Source: Octopus vulgaris
Lineage: Eukaryota
Length of the DNA: 64,000 bases
Reading direction: 5' to 3'
NCBI GenBank assembly: GCA_951406725.2
Contig: OX597822.1
Coordinates: 101,494,001-101,558,000 of the forward strand
Under the pieces are notes generated by a model. That model searched no databases. It was not told the origin of the DNA and saw only the letters and a list, made by a program, of their open reading frames with translations. Below, piece by piece: positions 12,159-29,521 of the stretch. Position numbers and translations under genes: made by a program. The first letter of the stretch is position 1. Each line of letters begins with the position of its first letter.

Positions 12159-15100
12159 TATGTTTGACTTTTGCTTTATATTTGTACAAGTTGGCTCCAA
12201 GTCTCACCCAGAGACCTCAAGAGACAACAGGGTTGGAAGTTCATGTTGTTGTTATGCCTAGTGTGCCATATATTTGGGGGGTGGGGATGTTGTACTAATG
12301 AATGTCTAAAAAAAAAAAAAAAAAAAGGTTTGTTTTTTTTGTTGTTTTTTTTAAACCGAAAATTATGTTTGTTTTAAACCTTGAGATTACATAGAGAGTA
12401 TTTTGCGTAGGATATGAGCAGTTCCCATGAGCACTATCTTTTGAACTTCTGCCATTTTGGGGTTTCCTGGTATCTGAGTTAGGTAGCTATCAGCCCCTTT
12501 TGCTATCATTCCCAGGGCACCTATGACAACAGGTATTGTTTTAGTCTTCAGCTTCCACATTTTGCTGATTTCTATTTCAAGATCTTTATATTTGCTCAGT
12601 TTTTGGTAGGTCTTGACAGATACGTTTATATCGATTGGGACAGTCATATCAATGAGGAGGCATGTTCTTTGTTTGAAGTCTTCCAATATGATGTCTGGCC
12701 TATTTGCATCTATCTTCCTGTCAGTTTGAATGGTGAAGTTCCAGAGGAGTGAGATGTGGTCATTTTCAAGCACTGGGGCAAATCCAGGTTTTTACAGATT
12801 ACCCAGTGAATATATTGTGCAGCTCTATCGTGCCTGTTGAGATACTCTGTAGGCGCTAGAAGACTGCACTTGGAGACCACATGGTCAATGGTTTCATTTT
12901 GTTGCTTGCATACACGACACGTTGGACTGCTTCTGATCTTTAATATGTTGGCCTGGTAGTTTCTTGTTGGTAGGCATTGATCTTGAGCTGCTATGATAAA
13001 CCCCTCTGTTTCAGATTTTAAGCCAGAGGCCATTAGCCATTGATGGGTCAGGGCTTTGTCGATATCTGCATTATTCGCTCTCTTTGGGTATTTGCCATAG
13101 AGAGGTTTTTCTTGCCATTTATTATTCAGAATATCTAAGGCCGCAGTTTTGGCACGGGTTTTCATGCGCCTAGCTTTTTCTGTGCTTGTTTCTTGTATAT
13201 CTATCTCTAATTCTGAAATTGGTTCTATTCGGAATTCACTTAGATATTCCTTTGCCTGTTTTGTGACTGAGTATGATGCTTTCTTGTTTTCATGTTTTGA
13301 GACAAGTTTTAGCATCCAGTCCTCAGAGTTTTTCAGGTAGGTGTCTAGGCCAATTGTAGCAATCTTCATTGTTATTGCCAGTTGCAAAAGACCACGGCAT
13401 CCCTCTTTTCTTGGCAGATAGAGTCGTTCTGTATCTGCCTTAGGGTGGTGCATTCTATGCATTGTCAACAGTTTCCTTATTTTTCTGTCGAGCTGACATA
13501 TTTCAGTAATTGACCAGTTAACAATATTGAAACTGTAAGTCACGACTGGTATAGCTAATGCATTGATTGCTTCGATCCTGTTTCTTGCATTCAGCTCTGT
13601 CTTGAGTATTGCTCTCACTCTTCGATAGCATTCTCTCCTGATCCTTTCCTTCATCTCTGAATGCCTTATTCCGTTCCCTTCAATTACCCCTAGGTACTTG
13701 TAGCTCTCCGCTGGGTCTAGTTCTTTTATGACATTCTGTTGGTCAAGGTTAACGTTAGATGTTTCTGTCATTTTTCCTTTGATAAAGGTAGCCTTTGCAC
13801 ATTTATCGAGGCCGAATTGCATTCTGATGTCGTCACTGAATTGTTTGACTATCGCTAGTAAGCCCTTGAGTTGTTGATCATTTTTTGCAAAAGCTTTAAA
13901 TCATCCATGTAAACGAGATGATTTATATTTTTATCAAACATTTTATACCCGTACTGCGCGTCATTGAGCAGCTTTGAGAGAGGTATTAAGGATAAACAAA
14001 AGAGGAGTGGTGACAGTGAGTCACCCTGGAAAATGCCACACGAAATGTTTACATCACCAGCATTTAGGGATTCACTGTCACTGTTCAGAGTTAGTGTGGT
14101 TCTCCATGATCTCATACTTACAGTCAAGAAGTTTCGCAGAGTTGGTGCTATCTTATACATTTCAAGGCATTTCCTAATCCAGCTATGTGGTAGGCTATCA
14201 AAAGCCTTTTTATAGTCTATCCAGGCTATTGATAAGTTTTTGTGTCGTTTGTGACAATCTTCTAAGATCATCTTATTGATGAGTAGTTGGTCTTTACAGC
14301 CGTAGGATCCACGTTTACATCCTTTCTGTTCGTTAGGGAATATGCTGCTGTCTGTTAAAAAACTATAGGTATATTCCGTCAGGACAGATGTTAGTGTTTT
14401 GTACATAGTTGTTAAGCAGGTTATGGGTCTATAGTTTTTTGGTTCATTTGTTTCTTCACTTTTTGGAAGCAGGAATGTTAACCCATTAACTAGCCAAGGA
14501 GGCATCCTACTAGGGTGTTGCAAAACATCATTGTACAGTTCTGTTAGCAGTTCATGGCTCTCTGGGAAGGCATTCAGCCAGAAGTTAGGAATTTTATCCT
14601 TTCCTGGAGACTTCCATTTGCTTGACCTCCTGAGAGCAGATCTTATATCTTCTACCTTGACACCTTCCCACTTTTGCTCTTCCAAGGGGTCCAGTTCTGT
14701 AGATATTCTGTCAATCCAGGGGGCCGTTTCGTTGTGTGTTTTTTCTTCTGCCCAGATTTTATTCCAAAATCTCTGCACTTCTTCTTTTGATGGTACAGAC
14801 CCTGCAGTAAACGCTGTTTTTCCTATCTTCCTGTAAAAATTCTTGGTGTTATTTTTGAACATGTTGTTGTCCTTGAAAAATCTAACACGCTTTTCATACC
14901 TCGCTATGCGGGCAGCTTTGGCAGATACCTTTTGTTTGATGGTTTCTATGGTGGCATCAATATCAAGTATAGTTTTCATATTGTATTTTTTCAGTAATTT
15001 TTGGGTTTTTGTAGGTTTGGTAGTCTTGTGAGCCTTAAGGTTTTTCAAATATTCAATGTCAGATCTAAATATTTTAATTTGTTGTTGCAGACGCTCTTGC

Positions 15101-16295
15101 CAAGAAGGCTTTTTGTGGGACTGTTGCCGTTTTCTAATCTTTACACCACATAGGATCGTTGAGATTTTCGCGGATGCATAGTATAGGTGGTTGAGGTTTG
15201 TGATATCAACATCATTAACTGAAATTATATCCTTAAGTGCAAGCCGGATTTTACCAATTATTTTCATGTTTTGGTTAGAGTTGCGGATTTTAGGAAGTGT
15301 ATCACGCTCATCCATGCTGGTTTCTTTAATTTTCAGCCATTCAATCATGATTTGATTTTTTAGCTCATGTAGTTCTGTTGGGTCAATATTTGTGTGACTT
15401 TCTTTATCTATTTGATGCTCATCTGTCTTAGTGTTTATGATTGGTTCAGGGCGTATTTCACTTTGCCTATCACTTATACTAACTCTTTCAATCCTCTCTT
15501 CGTTTTTATCCGCCCTGGGCTGGTCTATAATCATTTCCTCTGTATTATCTTCTCTAGCTGCAGCTTCGTTCATTTTATCCGATATTGCTTGTCTAACCTG
15601 ATCAATCTCTACTTCAGTCAGTAATTTCTTTTTTATAATGTTTCTTCTAACATTGGCAAGCTTGTTACTGTCTATGTAGGGTCTTACTTCAGGGTGTTTC
15701 TGTCTCCAGTTTAAGTATGCTTGTACAGTGCTAGACTTATCTGTGGGGAAATATATGGCATGGTAGAAGGCCTCAAGAACTTCTTTATTATCTTCCCTAG
15801 ACCATTTTTCCTTCTTTTTCTTTTGATTATTTGGTGATGAGCATGGATGGCCATCTGTTGGAATATTCCGGTTGTGGGGTTCGTCCAGCTCCTGTGTGTT
15901 GGGAAGATTTGATCCAGTAACTGATTTTTCAATCAGGATTTGGTTCAATTTTCGGGTACGTGGTCTTTTGTAATCCGCGCAATGACCAATGCGGTTTATT
16001 GTTTGATTTGTTGACCTTGAAGCATGACGAGCATCCATTCTTATATTAGGAGATGGATCTGTCAGTTTAGGGTTCACTACATGTAAGCATTGCTCATAGC
16101 GCCGCTTCTTAAGACTAGCAGATCTATATTCGTCTGTATTTTTTTTTGTTGATAGTTTTATCTCCGGACATTTTTTTTTTTCCTTTCCTCCTCTTCCTTT
16201 CTTCAAGGCTCACTGTGTCTGTATTAGTTCGAAATAATGAGAATAAAATACGGAGAAGGAAACGAAAAGAAAGGGAAAAAGACGGGATCTGTCAG
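12159..16295 (-). mobile_element. Near full-length R4/Dong-clade non-LTR retrotransposon (family 1)
   Basis: Single long ORF with RT, CCHC zinc knuckle and RLE endonuclease; 3' UTR ends ...GTCAAACATAG followed by AATAATAAT. 5' boundary approximate. Confidence 0.9.
12387..16038 (-). pseudogene. R4/Dong polyprotein (RT + zinc finger + restriction-like endonuclease), broken by two lesions
   Basis: WKSPGKD, NYRPITCL, EQKGC, WIDYKKAFDS, GIFQGDSLSPLLF, YMDDLKL, CRVC..ETIDHVVSKC, RHD, NRPDI..LIDMTVP, KLSKYKDL. Frameshift near 13885 and a short deletion near 12775. Confidence 0.9.
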
Positions 16296-17033
16296 TTATT
16301 ATTGTTATTACTATCATCTTCACCACCATCACCATCATCATCTTCAATGACATTGTTTTATGTGTAGCCACAGCCACCATCAACACTCCATTGTGTTGGA
16401 TAATGGGTGGTTAAAGAATTCATGTTCTTTGGGTCTATAAATAGCTACGGTAGATGGTGGAGACCAAGGACGTTAATGGTCAGTAAAAGGTCAAACCTGT
16501 TTACGTTTATTTATTTATTTATTTATTTTTGTCCTTTCTCTTTTCTTCTTCACCACATGCATATGTATATGTATATATATGTATATTCACTCACACATAT
16601 TATCTGATGTTTTCGTCGAAGATTTTTTTTTCTTTTTTTAAATAACTTTCTGAGTTCAATGTTATGTATATATTTTTAAATTTCTGAATTCAGTTGTATG
16701 TATATAGTAGTAGGTGCTTAATTCCATAACTTTTTATCGTGCATTTAATTGTGTTGTTACAATAAAAGGTAATTTAAAAGGCAATTTTACACATTCTTAT
16801 AGTCATGAGAGACGACTAAATGTAAATGTTCACACAGAATTGAAGATATGTATGTTTCTAATTTTTCTTGTTAGGTGTACGTTTTTTTTTTTTTTTTACT
16901 TATTTTGAGGGTAATTCAAATTACTTACAGAAAACAGTAGATCTTCCAGTTTTCTACAGTTGACCTGCTGGGTTCGCTGTTGCCAGTTCAGAGCATCGTA
17001 AAAATACGTCCATCCTCTGTCACGTCCAGCCTT

Positions 17034-17064
<31 letters not shown>

Positions 17065-17073
17065 TTCTTATTC

Positions 17074-21459
<4,386 letters not shown>

Positions 21460-21462
<3 letters not shown>

Positions 21463-21962
21463 TAGTTTTATTTTTATAGCGTGCTTTCACTTCACTACCG
21501 AGCGCAGCTCTGTGTGCCTTGGGTATGTGCTGTGATTTGTTGTGATGCTCTGATGGTTATTGTATGGAAAGTGTTCTGCGTAGGATGTGTGCAGTGCCTA
21601 GTAGTGCAATTTTCTGTATGTTATATGTGTTTGTAAGTCCTGGTGTTTTTGTTATGTATTTGTCTGAATATTTTTTTATCATGCCTAATGCACCTACTAT
21701 GATAGGAATTGTTTCTGTTTTCAGATTCCACATTCTAGTTCCTCTATTTCCAGGTCTTTGTATTTTGAAAGTTTCTCCATTTCTTTTAGAGACACGTTGT
21801 CATCTGCCGGTATTGATACATCAATTAGAAAGCATTTTTTTCTTCATGATCTCTGACAACTATATCTGGTCTGTTGGCCTTAATTTCTCTATCTGTGTGT
21901 ATCGGCATATCCCAGAGTATGGTTGCTTTCTCGTTTTCTGTGACCTTTTCTGGTGTGTGCCT
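21460..21962 (-). mobile_element. 5'-truncated second copy of R4/Dong family 2
   Basis: Near-identical to 17193-17692; (TTA)n on both sides. Confidence 0.9.
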
Positions 21963-21980
21963 ATTATTATTATAATTATG

Positions 21981-22025
<45 letters not shown>

Positions 22026-22520
22026 GAGTGAGAGGGCAGTACATGGCAACAAAGTGACAATGGGTAAAAAATACGAAGCCCAATATACCCATCATGCCTA
22101 CCCGTCTGATAAGGGTACACCAGGTGCATGCATCACTACCATATGTGTGAAACATGATCTCATATCAAGGTAAACAGCAGGTGAGGGCCCAGTTAGAATT
22201 TTCCTCAGGTCGAGTAGCTCATCCCACTTAAAAGGTCCCTGAATAAGGGTTCTTTAAGGATGTTGAACGAAACACCGATGTTTCCAAAGGTGAGTTATCC
22301 AAACTCCAAATAATACCTCTCAACACATGGCTCGTGATCAGAGATGCACATACCGTCAGCCACAAAGAGACATGCTCAACTGACAAGCAAATCTGTGGTA
22401 TTGAGCAGAATATTTGCTGTAGCCCATCTTTTATACCAAGAAAAAAACAAACAACGTACATGATAACACTTCCAATCAATTAAGACTAAAAGCCATGGGA
22501 GCCACTGCCTTACACTACTG
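22026..22520 (-). mobile_element. Non-autonomous ~550-bp (TAA)n-associated element, diverged copy
   Basis: Homologous to 60495-61025 and 61098-61652; abuts (TTA)n. Strand inferred from junction phase. Confidence 0.75.
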
Positions 22521-22744
22521 TCGTTATTATTTTCATTAGCATCCTTCTCTTTCCATTTATTGCTGAGTGTCCATTAAGTAGGCCATTAAAATAAACATAC
22601 CTGATTGTTCATTTAGAAAGTAATGTGATAGAGAAAAAAAGGAGAAGACAGAGAGAAAAAGGAAAAAATAAAGGATAAAAAAGGTAAAGAAGTAACGCAA
22701 AGTGGGGAAGAAGGAAAGAAAATTCACGGTGACAATGCTCTTCT

Positions 22745-23476
22745 CAATATACGTGTGACGTAACAGTTAAGACTTCCTGAATGGATGGTAAGTCAGGGAT
22801 CATTCTTAAATAATTTTCAGTTATTGTTTTGATTATTCCAAGTACTCCTACAATCACTGGTATTATGACAGTCTCGGGATTCCACATCTTTTCGATTTCG
22901 TTTAGCAAATCTTTATATTTTCTGAGCTTATCAAATTCTTTTACTGAGATATTATGGTCACAAGGCATGCTCATGTCAATCAATAAATAAACTTTACGAT
23001 TTTGCTTTTTCACAACAATATCTGGTTTATTTGCTTTGATGGTCCAGTCTGTACATTTTGGGAAGTCCCAGAGAATAGTTAAATTTTCTCACTTAGTTAC
23101 AGCCTCAGGGTAGTGCTTGTACCATTTGTCAACAGTTTTGATTTTAGAATGCCGACACCTTATCCATTGCAGATATCGGCCAACTCTGTCATGCCTTGAT
23201 TTGTACTTTGCGGGTGCTAAAACCTTACATCCAGAGATTAGGTGGTTCACTGTTTCAATCCCATCGATGCAGTATCGGGACTTTGGGTCTACACCATTTT
23301 TCATCACATTGGCTTGATAACTCCGGGTCAATAAGCTCTGATCTTGAGCAGCCAGAATAAAGCCTTCACTCACTGCCTTTAGCCCTGAACTCCATAGCCA
23401 CTGATGGGTGTACTTCTGTTCTACATCAGCTTATTTGCTACGGGCCACATATTTGCAAAGCAGAGGTTTTTGTTCC

Positions 23477-23478
<2 letters not shown>
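22745..23478 (-). mobile_element. Older R4/Dong-clade 3' fragment (family 3)
   Basis: SEGFILAAQDQSL, ETVNHLISGC, RHDRVG, LIDMSMP..KLRKYKDL..IPVIVG; followed by (TTA/TTG)n at 23479-23721. Confidence 0.85.
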
Positions 23479-23511
<33 letters not shown>

Positions 23512-23536
23512 GTTGTTGTTGTTGTTGTTATTATTA

Positions 23537-23610
<74 letters not shown>

Positions 23611-23677
23611 ATTATTATTGTTGTTGTTGTTGTTATTATTATTATTATTATTATTATTGTTGTTGTTGTTGTTGTTG

Positions 23678-23723
<46 letters not shown>

Positions 23724-23940
23724 GGCGGCTGAGTCGGCAGAGTCGTTAGCACGCCGGACGAAATGTCTAGCGTTATTTCGACTATGTATACGTTCTGAAT
23801 TCAAATTCCGCCGAGGTCGACCTTGCCTTTTTCATTGTGTCTGGGTTACGATAAAATAAGTACCATTTGAACACTGGGATCGATGTTATCGACTAAGCCA
23901 CCCCCGCCGAATTTGCTGACTTTGTGCCAAAATTTGAAAT
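23724..23940 (+). mobile_element. Old SINE A relative (alternative 3' tail)
   Basis: GGCGGCTGAGTCGGCAGAGTCGTTAGCACGCCGG head, GAATTCAAATTCC B-box, tail ...TGTGCCAAAATTTGAAA. Similar decayed copies at ~4170-4320, 33510-33730, 45185-45385 and 45460-45630. Confidence 0.7.
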
Positions 23941-24070
23941 CATTATTAGTATTGTTATTATAATAATTATTATTATTATTAAATTTATTGTTGTTCTTGT
24001 TGTTTCTTTTTCGTATTATTCTTGTTATTTATTATGGTGGTATTTCTGTAGTAGTAGTAGTAGTAGTTGT

Positions 24071-24143
<73 letters not shown>

Positions 24144-24144
24144 A

Positions 24145-24473
24145 GGGTAAAGACCCCCTTCGGTCATGAATGACCATGGGATTGCACCTAGAAAGTTACC
24201 CTCCTAGACACAAGTCCGGGCAAGGTTGTTTATGGAAGACCAGCAGTCGCCCATGCATACCAGCCTCCCCTCTCCACGCCACTGATGTTATCCAAGGGAA
24301 AGACAAAGGTCGATACAGCTTGGCAGCAGTGACGTCGCAACTCATTTCTACAGCTGAGTGAACTGGAGCAACGTGAAATAAAGTGCCTTGCTCAAGAACA
24401 CAACACGCAGCCCGCTCCGGGATTCGAGCTCACAACCTCACGATCGTAAGCTCGACGCTCTAACCACTGAGCC
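24145..24473 (-). mobile_element. SINE family B (tRNA head, CORE-like segment) inserted in (TAG)n
   Basis: Minus strand: GGCTCAGTGGTTAGAGCG (A box)...GCTCGAATCCC (B box)...GTGTTCTTGAGCAAGGCACTTTA; another copy at 35997-36241. Confidence 0.8.
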
Positions 24474-25385
24474 AGTAGTAGTTGTAGTATTAGTAGTGGT
24501 GGTGGTGGTGGTGGTGGTGGTGGTATTAGTAGTAGTTGTAGTATCAGCAGCAGCAGCTTCTAAAAATATACCAAATATTCGTCATCCTTGATCTTTGTAT
24601 CTCTGAAGATTACGATAAGCCTCATCTGCAGTCATAGCAATTGGCACTAGCATTTTGGAATGGTTCCAATTATTGACTAAGAAGACAATTGATATATTCG
24701 TACAAGACGTACGTAGCAAATTACAAATTTATTTTATAATAATTCATCAGCTTTCACGTCTGTATCGAAATATTAGAATGCTTTCGTACTTTTTCTCTGA
24801 TTTCGTATTACAGTTGCAGAATTATCGTTCGCAAAACTTTCCATATTTAGCAATATTTATAATCTTTTACTTATCATTGGAAATGATGCGTCATGTCACT
24901 GTAGACATATAATTTCGATTGATTTGCTGCATATCTTCACAAATGACAATGCGCTTTATTTCTATCATTTAATCATAATAATTCTGATTAGATTAATCAA
25001 CACACATGATTAATCTGGCACGACTTTGCGTCTGACATTTTGTCGCTATCAGATGATCTTTCACAAAATACTTATTAAAACATATTTATGCCTGCTGTAT
25101 ATTAGGTAAACACCAAAAGAAATTTGATACAATTATTTACTCATATAACAATTGATATTATTCTAAACACAAGCTCCCTAAAATGATGGACGTTTTCCGA
25201 ACAATATTCAAGGTTGATGACAGAAACCAGACAAAAACTGAATGATTGAAACCAGAAATAGACGGCGAATTTAAATTGTCATAAAGTGTATACATCCATA
25301 TTTGTTAAAGGTTACTTTTTAATACTTTATTCGCCGCATTGTGTGTTCGTTTCTCTTTTCTCCATCTATGATTTTATTATTGATA

Positions 25386-25782
25386 TCTTTATATATAAAA
25401 GTGAAGTTGTGTGTCTGTCTCCTACGATTTAGATTCCTAACTACTCCCACATTTTGCGGTGCAGTGTAACCAAAACCGGGTATCTTATAGTCGTGATTCA
25501 TATCGAGCCCTTCTGGGTATTAGCGCGCGTCTACGATGTGTCTACGATTTAAAAAACATTTACCATAATTTTTTTCCATTTTAATGCATTTTTTTCGCTA
25601 TTATATACGGGAAGTAACTCTCTAAAAATGTCTACGATGAGTCAAAGGTTTAAAAAAAATTTACCATAATTTATTTTCCATTTTTAATGCATTTTTTTGC
25701 TATTTTTTCGCTATAACTCTCTAAAAATGCTTATATAGTTATTTCCCTTACAAACCCGAGCAACGCCGGGCGATACTGCTAG
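25386..25782 (+). mobile_element. Non-autonomous Helitron
   Basis: 5' TC, 3' CTAG, subterminal CCCG-AGCAACGC-CGGG hairpin, inserted between A and T with no TSD. Confidence 0.9.
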
Positions 25783-25878
25783 TTCTATATAAATGAAGAT
25801 ATTTCTTTCGTCTGGCTGCTTTTCTTTCTACAAAACGAGAAGTTACGTTGGAGAACTGTTATTTCAACGAGTTGTATC

Positions 25879-25994
25879 TATTTATCATCTGACGAGATAC
25901 ATCTGCACCGCCGGAGGTTCCTGAACCAGTTGTTGAGTGTCTCAACCATGAGAGATCGATGCTAGGTGTGTCGAAACAGTTGTCGTGATAAATA
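25879..25994 (+). ncRNA. Intact-looking type I hammerhead ribozyme with a large stem II insertion
   Basis: TATTTATCAT (stem I)-CTGACGA-GATACATCT...AGGTGTGTC (9-bp stem II)-GAAAC-AGTT-GTC-GTGATAAATA (stem I, 10 bp); GUC cleavage triplet at 25982-25984. Confidence 0.8.
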
Positions 25995-26184
25995 ATAAAT
26001 TCTCGTATATTCCATCTTCCGTCTTTCATTTGCCACATAGATAACGATCACTGTGAAAGTGACCGTGCTTTGTCAGTAAGCTACCAGGTGTAAACCATTC
26101 GTTTTATTATCCAATATATATATACAGACACACAGACACACACCACACACACACACATACATACATATATATATATATATGTAT

Positions 26185-26219
<35 letters not shown>

Positions 26220-26392
26220 CGTATACAAGTGTATATGTATAAATATATATATTTATACATACATATATACACATATATTTATCTATGTATGGTTATAAAT
26301 GTATCGACATTTATGAATATAGGTGCATGCGTGTACATATGTATATATATATATGTATATATACATACATACTTACATATATCTCTTCCGAT

Positions 26393-27482
26393 GATCGTAA
26401 CTTGTCGTAATGGAAGGGCTTGTGTGTTCCAGTGATTTTGAGAGCGATACCATCAGGAGTCTTAGACTCCAGGTAGGGCCACCAATAGCGACAAGGTCGA
26501 GGATAAGGTCCCAGACTAAACAGCGGAGAAGTTCCTGGCCAAGTGCGGGAACGTGGCCGTCGCGCGTCCACGACCACCTCAAACAATTTACTCAGCGAAT
26601 GGCTTCGTGTTTCTAATCTGTCTCAAAAAACCCAATGTAGATAGTATCGTGGGCATCGGAGGCAGGTCCGGAAAGCTGGAAGTCTCTGATCCGTGACCAT
26701 AAATGGGCGGCGAATTTCAGATGCTCGCTCTCCAATGAATAGCCGTGACATTGGAGTTCGGCAGCTAGACTCGTGACTGGGCTAGTCTCTTTAGGATTAT
26801 CGCAGCCCACCCTTCAAGGGGAAGCCTCTAGAAAAGATGGGGTAAACATCGGACACGGCAACTCGATATGGCAGCATACCACGGCTGGCGGACTTCCCCC
26901 TTAGCGGCCGGAACTTTACTAAATCCTGTTTCACACTCTCTCGACATCGGGGTCCGGAACATCCACACTCTCCAGGACAGGAGTGACATTAATCGACCAG
27001 AGCAAAGTACAGCCCTCGTCTGCAAGGAACTTGCCCGCTTCAACATCGATGTGGCAGCATTGAGCGAGACTAGGCTTCCCGGAGAAGGCAGCATCAGAGA
27101 AGCTGACCCCAATGCTCCATCTTTTGGAAGGGGAAGAATCCTAATGAACCATGCATCCATGGAGTTGGCCTTGCCATCAAAACGCAACTGGTGGACCAAC
27201 ACAGACTCGTCCCAACTGCCGTTAGTGAGCCTCAGATGACTGTTCGGGTCCCTCTTATTCGGGACGGATTCCTTCCTGTGTATGCACCTACCCTCACATC
27301 TGAAGACGACATCAAGGCTTCGTTCTACAACCTGCTGGGCCGCACCATCCAAACAGTCGCCGCGTATGACAAACTCGTCGTGTTGGGGGAATTTAACGGC
27401 AGTGACCATTGTCTGTAGAATGGCATCCTTGGCCGTCACGGCATTAGGAAATGCAATGCCAATAGTCAGCTCCTCATGGGCC
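26393..27482 (+). mobile_element. RTE-clade LINE 5' portion (5' UTR plus AP endonuclease), decayed
   Basis: RTE-type leader CTTGTCGTAATGGAAGGGCTTGTGTGTTCC...GGTAGGGCCACC; RNIHTL, ELARFNIDVAALSETR, HGVGLAIK, VYAPT..ASFY..VVLGEFN. Confidence 0.85.
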
Positions 27483-27522
27483 TTTTCGATGTTGTTGTTG
27501 TTATTATTATTATTATTATTAC

Positions 27523-27615
<93 letters not shown>

Positions 27616-27679
27616 TATTATTCAGGTCACTGCCTGGAATCGAACTCGGAATCTTGAAGTTAGTAGCCCGCGAGCATAT
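27483..27679 (-). mobile_element. Truncated copy of the tRNA-head + (AAT)n element seen at 48779
   Basis: Minus strand: CGCGGGCTACTAAC..GATTCCGAGTTCGATTCCAGGCAGTGACCTG-(AAT)n-AACATCGAAAA. Confidence 0.75.
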
Positions 27680-28031
27680 GATTAAAGTGGTGGATGGGTG
27701 TTGATAAAGGTACAAAAACCCTCCAAAATAAGGTATATACCCCCAATATCTTATTCTCATCTTCCAGCCCATTGTTTATTTGCATCTGACGTCTCGTATA
27801 CGAAACGTTGTAGCAAACATCAGTGCTGTCTATTAATACTATAGAATATTAATAAAGATAAACTGAACAAGCAATGCATGTTTGTTTATACGTATAGCAA
27901 GAACAAGGGTAATTTTATCAACGTCTTTTCATGTGATCAGTATTTTTTTTTTCTAGTGTTGATGACTGCTGGATTTTTGGTGTGCTACTGACAAACTACT
28001 AAGTAATATTTAGTACAAGTAAGATTTATGT

Positions 28032-29124
28032 GTGGAATCGCAATCACCCAGTGATTAGGGCAGCGGACTCGCGGTCGGAGAATCATGGTTTCGACTCCCA
28101 GACCGAGCGCTGTGTGTGTTTATTGTGCGAAAACACCTAAAGCTTCACGGGGCTCCGGCAGGGGAGGGGGCGATCCCTGTTGTACTCTTTCACCCCAAAT
28201 TTCTCTCATTCTTTCTTCATGTTTCTTGAGTAACACTGCGATGGACTGGCGGGGTTAAAACGATGCAAACGCATTACTACCTATTTCTTTATAACCCACA
28301 AGGGGCTAAACACAGAGGGGACAAACAAGGACAGACATAGGTATTAAGTCGATTACACCGACCCCAGTGCGACTGGTACTTAATTTATCGACCCCGAAAG
28401 GATGAAAGGCAAAGTCGACCTCGGCGGAATTCGAACTCACAACGTAACGCAGACGAAATACCTATTTCTTTATTACCCACAAGGGGATAAACACAGAGGG
28501 GACAAACAAGGACAGACATAGGTATTAAGTCGATTACATGGACCCCAATGCGTAACTGGTACTTAATTTATCGACCCCGAAAGGATGAAAGGCAAAGTCG
28601 ACCTCGGCGGAATTCGAACTCACAACGTAACGCAGACGAAATACCTATTTCTTTATTACCCACAAGGGGATAAACACAGAGGGGACAAACAAGGACAGAC
28701 ATAGGTATTAAGTCGATTACATCGACCCCAATGCGTAACTGGTACTCAATTTATCGACCCCGAAAGGATGAAAGGCAAAGTCGACCTCGGCGGAATTCGA
28801 ACTCACAACGTAACGCAGACGAAATACCTATTTCTTTATTACCCACAAGGGGATAAACACAGAGGGGACAAACAAGGACAGACATAGGTATTAAGTCGAT
28901 TACATGGACCCCAATGCGTAACTGGTACTTAATTTATCGACCCCGAAAGGATGAAAGGCAAAGTCGACCTCGGCGGAATTTGAACTCACAACGTAACGCA
29001 GACGAAATACCGCTAAGCATTTCGCCCGGCGTGCTAACGTTTCTGCCAGCTCGTCGCCTTGCAAACGCATTACTACCAGTCATGTGCAATGACACCTACG
29101 AGTCTAGTCGATCACGTGATCACA
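28032..29124 (+). mobile_element. SINE family C copy interrupted by the SINE A array
   Basis: tRNA head TTAGGGCAGCGGACTCGCGGTCG..GGTTTCGACTCCC; resumes after 29059 and ends GATCACGTGATCAC like the 52503 copy. Confidence 0.75.
28282..29059 (-). mobile_element. SINE A tetramer (one head plus ~182-bp units) inside one 18-bp TSD
   Basis: TSD TGCAAACGCATTACTACC at 28264-28281 and 29060-29077; unit starts at ~28281, 28462, 28645 and 28828. Confidence 0.9.
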
Positions 29125-29521
29125 CTCTTTACTCTTTTACTCTTTTACTCTTTTACATGTTTCAGTCATTTGACTGCGGCCATGCTGGAGCACCGCCTTT
29201 AGTCGAGCAAATCGACCCCGGGACTTATTCTTTGTAAGCCCAGTACTTATTCTATCGGTCTCTTTTGCCGAACCGCTAAGTGACGGGGACGTAAACACAC
29301 CAGCATCGGTTGTCAAGCAATGCTAGGGGTACAAACACAGACACACAAACACATACACATACATACATATATACGACAGGCTTCTTTCAGTTTCCGTCTA
29401 CCAAATCCACTCACAAGGCATTGGTCGGCCCGGGGCTATAGCAGAAGACACTTGCCCAAGATGCCACGCAGTGGGACTGAACCCGGAACCATGTGGTTGG
29501 TTAGCAAGCTACTTACCACAC
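29124..29521 (-). mobile_element. SINE family D
   Basis: tRNA-like head GTGTGGTAAGTAGC..GGTTCAGTCCC, internal (CA/TA)n, (TAAAAGAG)n tail; near-identical to copies at 31240 and 32973. Confidence 0.85.

Noticed and set aside
26393-26540. HDV-like ribozyme in the RTE 5' leader
   Set aside because: Known for some RTE elements, but the nested double pseudoknot could not be traced by eye in this decayed copy.
28282-29059. Regularly spaced repeats suggestive of a CRISPR array
   Set aside because: Whole ~182-bp units repeat with no unique spacers, no cas genes are present, and the sequence is a eukaryotic SINE.
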